From NCBI GenBank assembly GCA_965261595.1, contig CBDHDG010000006.1:1152001-1216000 (forward strand): 64,000 bases of DNA, given 5' to 3'. Shown here in pieces: positions 29,989 through 39,445 of this stretch. The DNA is from a bacterium (lineage in GTDB: Bacteria; UBA8248; JACPRG01; G963555815). The notes beneath the pieces were generated by a model, which was given only the letters and a program-made list of their open reading frames with translations, did no database searches and was not told the origin of the DNA. The translations under genes and the position numbers were made by a program. Position 1 is the stretch's first letter; every line of letters starts with the position of its first letter.

Positions 29989-31209
29989 ATGAACGACATT
30001 CTCGCGGGACTCCGGGTCGTCGAAGGCTCGGCCTTCGTTGCCGCGCCCCTGGCCGGGATGACCCTGGCGCAGCTCGGCGCCGATGTCATCCGCTTCGATC
30101 CCCCCGGCGGCGGAATCGATTATCGGCGCTGGCCCGTGACGAGCGGCGGCATAAGCCTCTACTGGGCCGGCTTGAATAAAGGCAAGCGGTCCATCGCCGT
30201 GGATTTCCGCCGTCCGGAAGGCCGGGAGCTGGTGACGGCCCTCATCACGGAACCCGGACCGGACGCGGGGATCTTCCTGACGAACTTCCCCGCCGCCGGC
30301 TGGCTCGGCTACGAAGCCCTGAGAGAGCGGCGGCGCGATCTGATCATGCTCGCCATCACCGGCAACCGCGACGGCTCCTCGGAGGTCGATTACACGGTCA
30401 ACTGCGCCACGGGCCTGCCCTTCATGACGGGCGGCGAAGGCGAAGCCGGGCCGGTGAATCACGTCCTTCCCGCCTGGGATCTGGTGACGGGCCTGACGGC
30501 GGTGAACGGGCTGTTGGCCGCCGAGCGCCGCCGCCGCCTGACGGGGGAGGGCCAACGGGTCAGCCTGGCCCTTTCGGACATCGCCTTCGCGACCATGGGC
30601 CACCTGGGCCTGATCGCCGAATTCCAGGTCAACGGCGAGGAGCGGCCGAGATACGGCAACGATCTCTACGGGGCCTTCGGCCGGGATTTCAAGACGAAAG
30701 ACGACCGGCGGATTTATGTCCTTGCCATCACCCGCAGACAGTGGAAAGCCCTCGTCGAGGCCACGGGTATCGGCAGCCGGCTCGGGCGGATCGAGCGGGC
30801 GCTCGGTGTCGACCTGGACGAGGAAGGGGACCGGTTTCGCGCCCGGGACGAAATCGCCGGACTCCTGGAACCCTGGTGCGCGGAGCGGGGGTTGGACGAA
30901 ATCAGCAAGACATTTAAAGGTTCCGGCGTTTCCTGGGGACCGTACCGGACGATCGGCGCGATGTTGAGCGAGGATGAGCGTTGTTCCACCGCGAGCCCGC
31001 TGTTTGAAACCGTGGAGCAGCCCGGCGTCGGCCGGTTCCTCATGCCGGGGTCGCCCCTGGATTTCAGCGGGGCGCCGCGCAAGGCCGTGCGGCCGGCCCC
31101 GGTCCTGGGACAGCACACGGACGAAATCCTCGAAACCGTGTTGGGACTCAGCCGCCGCGAGATCGGCGACCTCCACGACAAGGGGGTTGTGAAGGCCGAG
31201 ACGCCCTGA
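29989..31209 (+). CDS. mct: Mesaconyl-CoA C1-C4 CoA-transferase (2-methylfumaryl-CoA isomerase)-like
   Basis: LRVVEGSAFVAAPL.GMTLAQLGADVIRFDP.GGG.DY.RWP, SEVDYTVN and PVNHVLPAWD match my recollection of the Mct subfamily. Confidence 0.8.
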   Translation: MNDILAGLRVVEGSAFVAAPLAGMTLAQLGADVIRFDPPGGGIDYRRWPVTSGGISLYWAGLNKGKRSIAVDFRRPEGRELVTALITEPGPDAGIFLTNFPAAGWLGYEALRERRRDLIMLAITGNRDGSSEVDYTVNCATGLPFMTGGEGEAGPVNHVLPAWDLVTGLTAVNGLLAAERRRRLTGEGQRVSLALSDIAFATMGHLGLIAEFQVNGEERPRYGNDLYGAFGRDFKTKDDRRIYVLAITRRQWKALVEATGIGSRLGRIERALGVDLDEEGDRFRARDEIAGLLEPWCAERGLDEISKTFKGSGVSWGPYRTIGAMLSEDERCSTASPLFETVEQPGVGRFLMPGSPLDFSGAPRKAVRPAPVLGQHTDEILETVLGLSRREIGDLHDKGVVKAETP

Positions 31210-31350
31210 GCCGCGCCGGGCGTCGGCCGGCCCGTGGATCTTCCGGCGGGAAGGATCCTGGGACCCGGTTCCCGAACAGAGCGTGAAACAGATTTCATCG
31301 CGCGGGATTGAGGCAAAAAAGTTGACTTTCTTCCAGAGGGGACTGCCCGG

Positions 31351-32080
31351 GTGGCCGCTCATATCCCGTTCCTCACCGCCCGCTGGTCGAACCTGGCGCT
31401 CCTGACCTACGCCGTGCCGGCCCAGGTCCTGGAGCCGGCCCTGCCGCCCGGGTGCCGGTTGGACGAGCGCGAGGGGCGCGCGTTCGTCAGTCTGGTCGCC
31501 TTCGACTTTCTCGACACACGCGTGTTGGGCATTCCCTGGCCGGGTTTCCGCGATTTCCCGGAAATCAACCTCCGGTTTTACGTCCGGCGCGGGAAGGACC
31601 GCGGCGTCTGCTTCATTCGCGAGTTCGTCCCCCGGCGGTTCATGGCATGGGTCGCCCGGACGCTCTACAACGAGCCTTACCTCGGCGCACCGATGAGCAG
31701 CCGGACCGAAGAAGGTCCGGCCGAGATCACCGTCCGGCACACCCTGCGGTTCGGCGGCCGGGAGCACACGCTGCGCGTGACCGGCCAAAAGCCCCCGGTC
31801 CATCCATCCGAAGGCAGCGTCGAGCATTTCTTCAAAGAGCACCAGTGGGGGTTCGGCAGGACCCGGGGCGGAAGGCTCATCCGCTACGAGGTGGCATCAT
31901 CCGGCCTGGGACATCCACTCCGTGCGCTCGGTGGACCTGGACTGGGACTGGGCGCGCGTCTATGGCCCCCGGTGGGCGTTCCTGGAGAACGCGCCGCTTT
32001 ATTCCTCCGTCCTCGCCGTCGGGTCGGGCGTCCGGGTCTATCCGAAGCGGATTTTGGGGGCGGAAACGGAGGCCGGGTGA
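31351..32080 (+). pseudogene. DUF2071 (YqjF-like) protein, +1 frameshift near 31894
   Basis: FLTARW, F.EINLRFYV, EHFFKEHQWG; after one extra g the frame reads HHPAWDI...GSGVRVY to TGA 32080. Confidence 0.8.
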
Positions 32081-32115
32081 AGGGCGATTGTTAAGCCCTT
32101 GGGAGAAGACGTCGC

Positions 32116-32529
32116 ATGGCGCATGACGAGAAATCGGGCGCGCTCGTGCTCTTCGATGGGGTGTGCAACCTCTGCAACGCGTCCGTCACGTTCATCATCG
32201 ACCGCGACCCGGCCGAACGCTTCCGTTTCGCGTCGTTGCAATCGGAATTCGGAGAGGAACAGATCCGCCGACACCGGCTCTCGGGTCCCGTCCTGCGCAG
32301 TCTGGTCCTGATCGAGGGGGGCCGATGCTTCACCCGATCGACGGCGGCGCTTCGGATCGCCCGCCGCCTCACGCTGCCGTGGAACCTGCTCTACGGCCTC
32401 ATCCTCGTCCCCGCGCCGGTCAGGAACACCGTCTACGATTGGATTGCCCGCAACCGGTATCGGTGGTTCGGAAAATCCGACGCCTGCCGTCTGCCGACCC
32501 CCGACCTCGCCCGCCGGTTTCTTGATTGA
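32116..32529 (+). CDS. DCC1-like thiol-disulfide oxidoreductase (DUF393)
   Basis: VLFDGVCNLC, RFASLQS, YDWIARNRYRWFG...C. Confidence 0.93.
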   Translation: MAHDEKSGALVLFDGVCNLCNASVTFIIDRDPAERFRFASLQSEFGEEQIRRHRLSGPVLRSLVLIEGGRCFTRSTAALRIARRLTLPWNLLYGLILVPAPVRNTVYDWIARNRYRWFGKSDACRLPTPDLARRFLD

Positions 32530-32535
32530 GGGTTT

Positions 32536-32754
32536 TTGGCTATCGCTATCGGAGCCGGAGATCCGGCACCCATCTCAATGCAGAGTGTTAGTTGGTCCCT
32601 AGGAATAGATGCCCCTCCGATTTATACATTCGATTTCTGGTGGGATTACACAGATTTTTGCCGAAGAATTACGGCCGAAAACGGGGTGTCCCTGAGGACG
32701 CTGGACCCTGCGCTACGGCAATACTCGAAGGAGCATCAGCCAAAGACCGGCTGA
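32536..32754 (+). pseudogene. C-terminal fragment of a hypothetical protein
   Basis: FW.DY..FCR.I..E.GVSLRTLD.AL.QYSKE with no credible start. Confidence 0.4.
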
Positions 32755-32882
32755 AACGTATTTCCTCTATCCTGTACGCATCGGATGCCTGAAACCCGCG
32801 AAAACCCGGAACTTAATCGCGAGTGAGCGGTCAAATCCTGTAAGCTGGAATGGCGTTCCCTTCTACGAAAGGGCCATGAGAG

Positions 32883-33707
32883 ATGAAATCGCGCAATGGG
32901 AGAAGCCGCTCAAGGGTGATTGGGCGAACCGCCGCGTTGATGGTCGCCACGATTTGGCTGAGTCCCGTCGGCGCGCCCGACGCCGCCGCTCAATCCTGCC
33001 GCTCGCTTTTACAGCTTGAGAGAAGACACCCGAAATTTTCCGTCAAGCGAATGCTGAGACGGGGCCGGTACGTCATCGCCATTCGCCACGGGGATAAGGG
33101 CGCGCGGGATGACGGCGTTCCCGAGATTCCCGGGTGCCCCCAGCCCGGTCAATCCTTGACGAATCGTGGAAAAGAGCAGGCCGGGCAGATCGGCGCCGGC
33201 CTCCGGGGCTTGGTTTACAAGGTCAACGCCAGCCCCTATTGCCGGACAATGCAGACGGCGATCGTCGCCTTCGACCGTAAGAAGGTCAAATCGGACGCGA
33301 GGCTGGCGGGCGGGTCCGACAAGAACCTGAAAGACCTGATCCTGGAGCAGCTCAGAAAGAAAGAGTGGTCACAACCCCTCGCGCGCAGGCGGCGGCCGGT
33401 CCCTAAGCGGATCGTCAAAAGAAAACCGGATAGGCGGCCGCCCGTTCGCAGGCGGAAAGTGAGCCCGAACCTGTTGAAAAAACAGGCGCTTGCGAGAGCC
33501 GCCGCCCGAAGACAGAACGTCGTCCTCGTCACGCACAGCAACCTGCTGGCCGAGATCGAGATTGGGGGGGGATTTCCGCTTCACGACGCCCCTGAACCGG
33601 AGAACCTCGGCCGGGCGGCGATTTTCACCCTGTCGAAGCGGAAAAAGCGAAACCGGAGGTTCCTGGTCGGATGCGTCCTGCCCCAGGATTGGAGCCGCCT
33701 GAGGTAA
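32883..33707 (+). CDS. Secreted histidine phosphatase superfamily protein
   Basis: Signal peptide; IRHG, LT.RG..QA, ASPYCRT.QTA, LVTH. Confidence 0.8.
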   Translation: MKSRNGRSRSRVIGRTAALMVATIWLSPVGAPDAAAQSCRSLLQLERRHPKFSVKRMLRRGRYVIAIRHGDKGARDDGVPEIPGCPQPGQSLTNRGKEQAGQIGAGLRGLVYKVNASPYCRTMQTAIVAFDRKKVKSDARLAGGSDKNLKDLILEQLRKKEWSQPLARRRRPVPKRIVKRKPDRRPPVRRRKVSPNLLKKQALARAAARRQNVVLVTHSNLLAEIEIGGGFPLHDAPEPENLGRAAIFTLSKRKKRNRRFLVGCVLPQDWSRLR

Positions 33708-33733
33708 CGCCCCGTCGTCCAGCCCCCCGGCTC

Positions 33734-34150
33734 TCACTTCCCCAGCGACCAGACGCCGGTGGTTCCGGGCTCGTTCCCGGTGCTGAGGAGCAGCCTTTCC
33801 TCCGGCCCTTCGTGCAGCGAGGCGAATCCGCTCGCCCTCGGACCGTCGAAGAACAACAGGCTTCCGTCATCCAGCCTCATGGTTCCCCGGGCCGTCCATC
33901 GGGACGTGCGCATCTCATACGTTCCGTCCTTCTTGATGATCCAGGTGGCCCCCACGACGGACGTCCCAAAAAGCGACTTTTGGACCGTCAGGTTCCCCTC
34001 CCACCTTCCAGCGATGGCGCTGAAGTCCCGGATGGGCTTGGCGGCGGGGATGGCGGAGCATCCGGTCAGCGCAAACGCCCCGATGACGCAGACGGCGCCC
34101 GCCAACGTCCGGACCGACCCCTTTCTCATTCTTTCCCGCCATCGGATCAT
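33734..34150 (-). CDS. Hypothetical lipoprotein
   Basis: Lipobox LTGC; IAGRWEG beta-rich domain; paralog of the adjacent interrupted gene. Confidence 0.75.
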   Translation of the reverse strand: MIRWRERMRKGSVRTLAGAVCVIGAFALTGCSAIPAAKPIRDFSAIAGRWEGNLTVQKSLFGTSVVGATWIIKKDGTYEMRTSRWTARGTMRLDDGSLLFFDGPRASGFASLHEGPEERLLLSTGNEPGTTGVWSLGK

Positions 34151-34578
34151 GATGTCGCTCCTCCCACCTCAAACCCATTCCTAAAGAGGACGCGGCGGGC
34201 TGGCCGGTCCATGCGCCATCAATCCGAACGGCCGGGGCGCCGGGACCTTGAAAACCTACTTCGCGCGCCACCAGGTCCCGGACATGTCCGGGTCGCCCAT
34301 GCTGAGGAGGTATTTCCCCTGGGCGTCTTCCTGCATATAGGCGACGCCCGACGCCCTTCTGCCGTCGGCGTAGAAGCCGCTCGTCCGATTGCTGTCGAAG
34401 AAGATCCGGCCTTCCCGGATGCTTAACGTCCCCGCGGCCCTCCACCGGGGCGTGATGATCTCGTACGTTCCGTCCTCCCGGATGATCCACTCGGCCCCGA
34501 CGTTCGTTGTGCTCCCCCGCTCTAGGGTTTTGTTGGACACTCGATTGATCCATGATTCATGGAGAAAGGGGTGTCGCG

Positions 34579-34965
34579 ATGAACGAACAAAAGCAAGAGG
34601 GGGCTTTGGCGGAGGGCGCCCGCAGGGCGAACGGAGCCAAGGCCCCAGGGCATCGCAGTGAGCGGGGTCGGTTCTCCTGCCAGCGCAAGCGGGAGGCGGT
34701 CCTGCGTCTTTTGCGGGGCGAGAGCCTGGAGACGCTCTGCCGCGAGTTGGGCACGACAGCGGCTCGGCTTTCCGCCTGGCGCGAGGCGTTCCTTCGCGGG
34801 GGCGAGGCGGCGCTCAAAGCCCGCCCGGCGGATGAGCGGGACGAGGAGAACGCCCGGCTCAAGGCCAAGGTGGGCGAACTCACGATGGAGGGCGAGGTCC
34901 TGCGGGAGAAGATCGACCGCCTGGAGGCCGGCCGCCCTTTAGCCGGCAGGAGGTGGAGGCGATGA
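34579..34965 (+). CDS. IS3-family OrfA (HTH)
   Basis: RFS..RK.EAVLRLLRGESLE..REL...L..WR; LKAKVGELTME. Confidence 0.9.
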   Translation: MNEQKQEGALAEGARRANGAKAPGHRSERGRFSCQRKREAVLRLLRGESLETLCRELGTTAARLSAWREAFLRGGEAALKARPADERDEENARLKAKVGELTMEGEVLREKIDRLEAGRPLAGRRWRR

Positions 34966-35870
34966 GTCAGGCCCGCTTCACCTCCACGGGCAGAGCCTAC
35001 GGCCTGAAGCGGGTGTGCGCCCTTTGGGGCTTGGCGCGCTCCACGGTCTACGCGCAACGGCGGCGAGAGGCGGTCCCCGTTCATGAACGCCCCACGCCCA
35101 ATAAGCGCGGCCCTGTGGGCCCGTGCACCGATGCGGAACTCCTCGGCCACATCCGGCAGGTCCTGGAGGACTCTCCCTTCCATGGCGAGGGCTACCGCAA
35201 GGTGTGGGCGAGGCTGCGCTTCGCGGGCATCCGCACCAGCAAGGAGCGGGTGCGTCGCCTGATGCGGGAGGCGGGGCTTCAGGCCCCTCACCGGGTGGGC
35301 AAACCCCGAGGTCCCAAGGCCCACAACGGGACCATCCGCACCGAGCGGCCCGACCGAATGTGGGGTACGCACATGACGACGACGGTGACCACCGAGGAGG
35401 GGATGGCCTCGGTGTTCGTGGCGGTGGATCACTGCTCGGTGGACTGCGTGGGGATCCATGCGGCCAAGAGCGGCAACCGCTTCGAGGCCCTGGAGCCGAT
35501 CCGGCAGGGGGTCGCCGAGCGCTTCGCCGGCTTGGAGGCGGACGTCGCCGAGGGGCTTAAAGTTCGTCACGACCACGGCCCCGCCTATCTGTCCGATGAC
35601 TTTCAGCGGGAGATCGCCTACCTGGGCATGACCAGTTCGCCCAGCTTCGTGCGGGCGCCCGAGGGAAATGGCTACTGTGAGTGGTTTATCCGCATCTTGA
35701 AGGAGAATCTCCTGTGGGTGCGCTCTTTCGCCACCGTAGAGGAACTGCGGTGGGCGCTGCTTGAGTTCAAAAACCTGTACAACCATCATTGGATTCTCGA
35801 GGGCTACGGCTACCGAACGCCGGCCCAGGCAAGGCAGGAAAAACTCGCTCAAGTTGCGGAGGCCGCATGA
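34962..35870 (+). CDS. IS3-family OrfB integrase core (first catalytic Asp replaced by His)
   Basis: GYRKVWARL, WGTHMT (copy 2 WGTDMT), HDHG, PEGNG..E. Confidence 0.9.
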   Translation: MSQARFTSTGRAYGLKRVCALWGLARSTVYAQRRREAVPVHERPTPNKRGPVGPCTDAELLGHIRQVLEDSPFHGEGYRKVWARLRFAGIRTSKERVRRLMREAGLQAPHRVGKPRGPKAHNGTIRTERPDRMWGTHMTTTVTTEEGMASVFVAVDHCSVDCVGIHAAKSGNRFEALEPIRQGVAERFAGLEADVAEGLKVRHDHGPAYLSDDFQREIAYLGMTSSPSFVRAPEGNGYCEWFIRILKENLLWVRSFATVEELRWALLEFKNLYNHHWILEGYGYRTPAQARQEKLAQVAEAA

Positions 35871-36419
35871 GGTCGAATACCCTCACCCGAGTGTCCAATA
35901 ACCCAGGGGCGGTCCAGTGCCGTACTGCGCCCGCTGATAAGAAAGACTCCCGTCCCACCGCCCGGCGATGGAGCGGATGTCCTGAATGGGCATGGCGGAC
36001 ATCGTCGCGCCGCAACCCGCCGCGCCAAGTCCGGCCGCAATCAATACCGAGATCGCCATCCAGGTTCGGGCGATATCGCGCATCCTTCGAGTCATGGGAG
36101 GCCCCCCCTCTCAAACCGGTTTTGAACTCAGGCGGCCATCGTACAGCCGTTTCGCCCGTGTATCCATCCAAACAAGACGCGAGGCCGGATATTCCGCCCC
36201 TCCCCCCCCTCCAGGTCTCCATCGGAGGAAGCACGGACCCCGCGGCGCTCCGGAGCATCCACGGCCGGACGCGCCGGGATTCGGAGAATTTCAGCCCGCG
36301 TCACCTTCGCCATCCGGTTTCTGTATAATCCAGGAGTTTTGTTTTCCTGAACACACCGAAAAGACAAGCGCCCAATCGCGCGAAGGAATGCGCGCTCAAA
36401 TCGCGGGAGGACATCAGGC

Positions 36420-38012
36420 ATGGAGAAAGTAGACGGAATCGTCATCGGCGCGGGCCACAACGGCCTTATCACCGCCGCGTATCTGGCCAGGGCCGGCCTG
36501 CGGATGCTGGTCATCGAGCGCAACCCCGAGATCGGCGGCGGCACCACCACCGATGAGGTCACCCTGCCGGGTTTCCGGTCCAACCTGCACGCCAACTTCC
36601 ACTTCGGATGCGTGGACTCCCCCTGGTTCCGGGACCTCGAGCTCCAACGCTACGGCTTCTCCTACATCCTGCCCCAGGCCATGATCGCCATGACGTATCC
36701 GGACGAAACCTGCATGACACTCCATCAGGACCCGGAGAAGACCGCCGCGTCCATCGCGCGGATCTCCAAGGCCGACGCCGAAAGCTTCCGGGATCTGCAC
36801 GAGATGTTTTCGGTCAAGATGCGGCCCTTCATCCTGTCCGCCGCCTTCTCTTCTCAACACGACTTGGAAGAGGCCCTGAACCGCATGGAGGGGCCGCACG
36901 CCGACGCGCTCCTGTCCTTCAACAAGCTCTCCGTCAACGGGGCCATCGAAAAGGCCTTCGAGCACGACAAGGTCCGGAACTGGCTCAGGCTCATCATCCA
37001 CGCGCGGACGGTGGACTTCGACACCGCCGGGTCCGGCGGATTCCTGCCCGCCATCTTCTCCGGCCTGCACCGGACCGGGCTCGCCATGGGCGGATCGCTT
37101 CAGCTCCCCCGCGCCCTGGTCCGCATCATCGAAGAGGGGGGCGGCGCCGTTGTAACGAACGCCTCCGTGAGGGAGATCGTTCTGAAATCAGGCGAGGCCC
37201 GGGAAGTGGTCCTGGAGGACGGAACGCGGTATGAGGCCGGTCGATGCGTCATCAGCGCCATTGACGCACCCCAGACGATCCGGCTGGTCGGGGAGGAGGC
37301 CTTCGAGGACAACGTGGTCCAAAAGCTCCGGAATTGGAAGTGGGGGGACCATACCCTCCTGACGATCCACCTGGCCCTGAACGAGCCTCCCCGGTACGCC
37401 TCGGCCGATTTCGACCCGGACATCAACCGCACGTTCAACGTCTTCATGGGCCCGGAAACCTCCGAAGACTTCCATGAAAACTCGGCGGAGCTCGACCGGA
37501 ATGAGATGCCGACGCGGCCCATGGGCAACGGCGCGTGCAACTCCCTCATCGACCCAAGCTATGCCCCCGAAGGGAAACACGTCGCCTTCTGGTGGCCCTT
37601 CGCCCGGTTCGATTTGAATGGAGACGCCGCCAATTGGGACAACGTCCGGGAGGAAGCCACGCAGCACCTCATCAAATCCTGGCAGGGCTACGCGCCCAAC
37701 GTGAACGAAGACAAGATCCTCGCCAGCTACCTTTTCACGCCCCTCGACATCTCGCGCCGAAACATCAACATGGGGCGCGGGGCCGTGCAATCGGGCGCGT
37801 ACGACCTGGACCAGTCCGGAGTCCATCGGCCCCACGTCTCGATGTCGAACTCGCGGACGCCGATTCCGGGACTCTATCTCTGCGGCTCGACCACGGGCGC
37901 GGGCGGCGGCATGAGCGGCGCGCCGGGCTACAACGCGGCCAACGTCATCGCCGAAGACCTCAACGTCAAGCCGTGGTGGGAGCGGATCACCCCGCCCAAG
38001 CAGCCCCTGTGA
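36420..38012 (+). CDS. FAD-dependent oxidoreductase, phytoene desaturase family
   Basis: VIGAGHNGL..AAYLA, ER...GG, TPIPGLYLCG, G.SGAPGYNAA. Confidence 0.92.
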   Translation: MEKVDGIVIGAGHNGLITAAYLARAGLRMLVIERNPEIGGGTTTDEVTLPGFRSNLHANFHFGCVDSPWFRDLELQRYGFSYILPQAMIAMTYPDETCMTLHQDPEKTAASIARISKADAESFRDLHEMFSVKMRPFILSAAFSSQHDLEEALNRMEGPHADALLSFNKLSVNGAIEKAFEHDKVRNWLRLIIHARTVDFDTAGSGGFLPAIFSGLHRTGLAMGGSLQLPRALVRIIEEGGGAVVTNASVREIVLKSGEAREVVLEDGTRYEAGRCVISAIDAPQTIRLVGEEAFEDNVVQKLRNWKWGDHTLLTIHLALNEPPRYASADFDPDINRTFNVFMGPETSEDFHENSAELDRNEMPTRPMGNGACNSLIDPSYAPEGKHVAFWWPFARFDLNGDAANWDNVREEATQHLIKSWQGYAPNVNEDKILASYLFTPLDISRRNINMGRGAVQSGAYDLDQSGVHRPHVSMSNSRTPIPGLYLCGSTTGAGGGMSGAPGYNAANVIAEDLNVKPWWERITPPKQPL

Positions 38013-38067
38013 CCCGAGGCCCTCTCGGGCGCAAAGAATTTGTTTCCACCGATCAGGGAAGGACGCC

Positions 38068-38481
38068 ATGAAAACCACCGTCATTCAGTCGGACGCCCCG
38101 CGTCCCCTGGCCAACTATTCCGAGTGCGTCGTCGCCGGCCCGCTTGTCTTCGCCGCCGGCCAGATCGCCAGCGACTACAAGACCGGCATCCCGCCCTCAG
38201 CGCGAACCGATTCCGCCTTCCCCTATTACGGGTCAAACATCAAGCGCCAAACGGACTACATCCTCGGCAACCTGTCGAAAACCTTCGAGGCCGCCGGGTC
38301 CTCTCTGGACCACGTCGTCAAGGCCCAGGTCTTCATAGCCGACCTGAACGAGTTCTTCGCCTTCGACGAGGTCTGGAAAACCTACTTCAAGACGCCGCCC
38401 CCGCGCACGACCATCGGGACGACCGGCCTGCTGGCGCCGGGATGCAAGGTGGAGATCGACCTCATCGGCGTGGCCGGCTGA
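38068..38481 (+). CDS. RidA/YjgF family protein
   Basis: YS, AGQI, VVK..VF, PPRTTI, KVEID. Confidence 0.9.
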   Translation: MKTTVIQSDAPRPLANYSECVVAGPLVFAAGQIASDYKTGIPPSARTDSAFPYYGSNIKRQTDYILGNLSKTFEAAGSSLDHVVKAQVFIADLNEFFAFDEVWKTYFKTPPPRTTIGTTGLLAPGCKVEIDLIGVAG

Positions 38482-38569
38482 GCGGAGACGCCGGCGCGAA
38501 CGCGGGTAAGTCGAGGGGGTCCCAACCTCAATTTGAAAAGCGACGTTTGTTCCAGAAAAGGAGACATAT

Positions 38570-38942
38570 ATGTCCAGGACCGTTGTCACGCCGGACGGAA
38601 TCGGAGATCCCGTCACGCCCTATTCCCACGGAATCCTGACCGATTCCAAAGAAATCCTCTTCCTCGCGGGACAGGTCCCGATCGACAAGGACGGCAACAT
38701 CGTCGGAAGCGGAGACATCGAGGCCCAGACCCGGTGCGTTTACGACAACCTGGAAGCCGTCCTCGCAAAAGCGGGGATGGGCTGGTCCAACGTCGTCAAG
38801 TTCAACATCTATATGAAGAGGAAGGAAGACCGGGACCGGTTCACGGCGCTGCGCGAGAATGACCTGTTCGGGAAATTCTACCCCGGCGGTGACTATCCCC
38901 CGAGCACGCTGGTCTTCGTGGATCTCTACAAGGAAGAATTTC
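38570..38942 (+). pseudogene. RidA family protein truncated by cassette C
   Basis: PYSHG, AGQV, PPSTLV.V.L; the final (L/I)EIE strand is replaced by the cassette end. Confidence 0.8.
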
Positions 38943-39379
38943 CGGAGTTATATACTTGACACAGACGACCACAACATGTAGATCGCGTCCGCGTCTCGGT
39001 TGACCACAAGATGTAGGGGGGAGGTTTTTCGAGGGATCATCGGGGCTGACCCCGGCGCCGTGGCCTTTTTTGTGGCAAGTGTTTTTTTATGGGCTTGGCT
39101 TTTAGATTCAGGGATGGGATTTCTTTATTCTCACATTTTGGGTCAATCTCCAAATGATTGACCATCTGCTTGATCTTACCCCTCTTGATATCGGATTGTG
39201 ATTTTGAGCCGTGCTCCCCTTTTGGCAATGAGGGGAAGGATTTCTCCCCAAATTTTACGCAGTAATAGTGGTCAGTCGTTTCAATCTCGTGTCCTTGGGC
39301 ACACTTCTTGAGCATGTCAAAGACATTTTTGAGCTTAACTTGGCCAAAAGAGCCCAAACGCCCTAAGCCGCCAAGAGGT
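38943..39379. mobile_element. Truncated cassette C (one end of the cassette B family)
   Basis: 38943-39018 closely matches the cassette B IR; the other end is missing, cut by IS3 copy 2. Confidence 0.85.
39037..39357 (-). CDS. Cassette C passenger: low-GC protein with HicA-like pattern
   Basis: VKLKNVFDMLKK...TDHYYCV...LP..H...DIKRGKIKQMVNHLEI; TTG start inferred. Confidence 0.5.
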   Translation of the reverse strand: MGSFGQVKLKNVFDMLKKCAQGHEIETTDHYYCVKFGEKSFPSLPKGEHGSKSQSDIKRGKIKQMVNHLEIDPKCENKEIPSLNLKAKPIKKHLPQKRPRRRGQPR

Positions 39380-39445
39380 TCCCCCGCTCTAGGGTTTTGT
39401 TGGACACTCGATTGATCCATGATTCATGGAGAAAGGGGTGTCGCG

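Larger units (their letters stand above)
34513..35916 (+). mobile_element. IS3-family element, copy 1 (1404 bp)
   Basis: Imperfect IRs tcccccgc...ttggacac / gtgtccaa...gcggtcca; 4-bp TSD gtgc; near-identical to 39380-40783. Confidence 0.93.
34256..36095 (-). pseudogene. Paralogous lipoprotein interrupted by IS3 copy 1
   Basis: AAGC lipobox...IAGRWDG...QYGT | TNVGAEWIIREDGTYE rejoin in frame across the IS. Confidence 0.85.

Noticed and set aside
28585..31842. 1085-aa minus-strand ORF and many other long antisense ORFs (e.g. 7935-9941, 9080-10921)
   Set aside because: Shadow frames of real genes in high-GC DNA; no motifs
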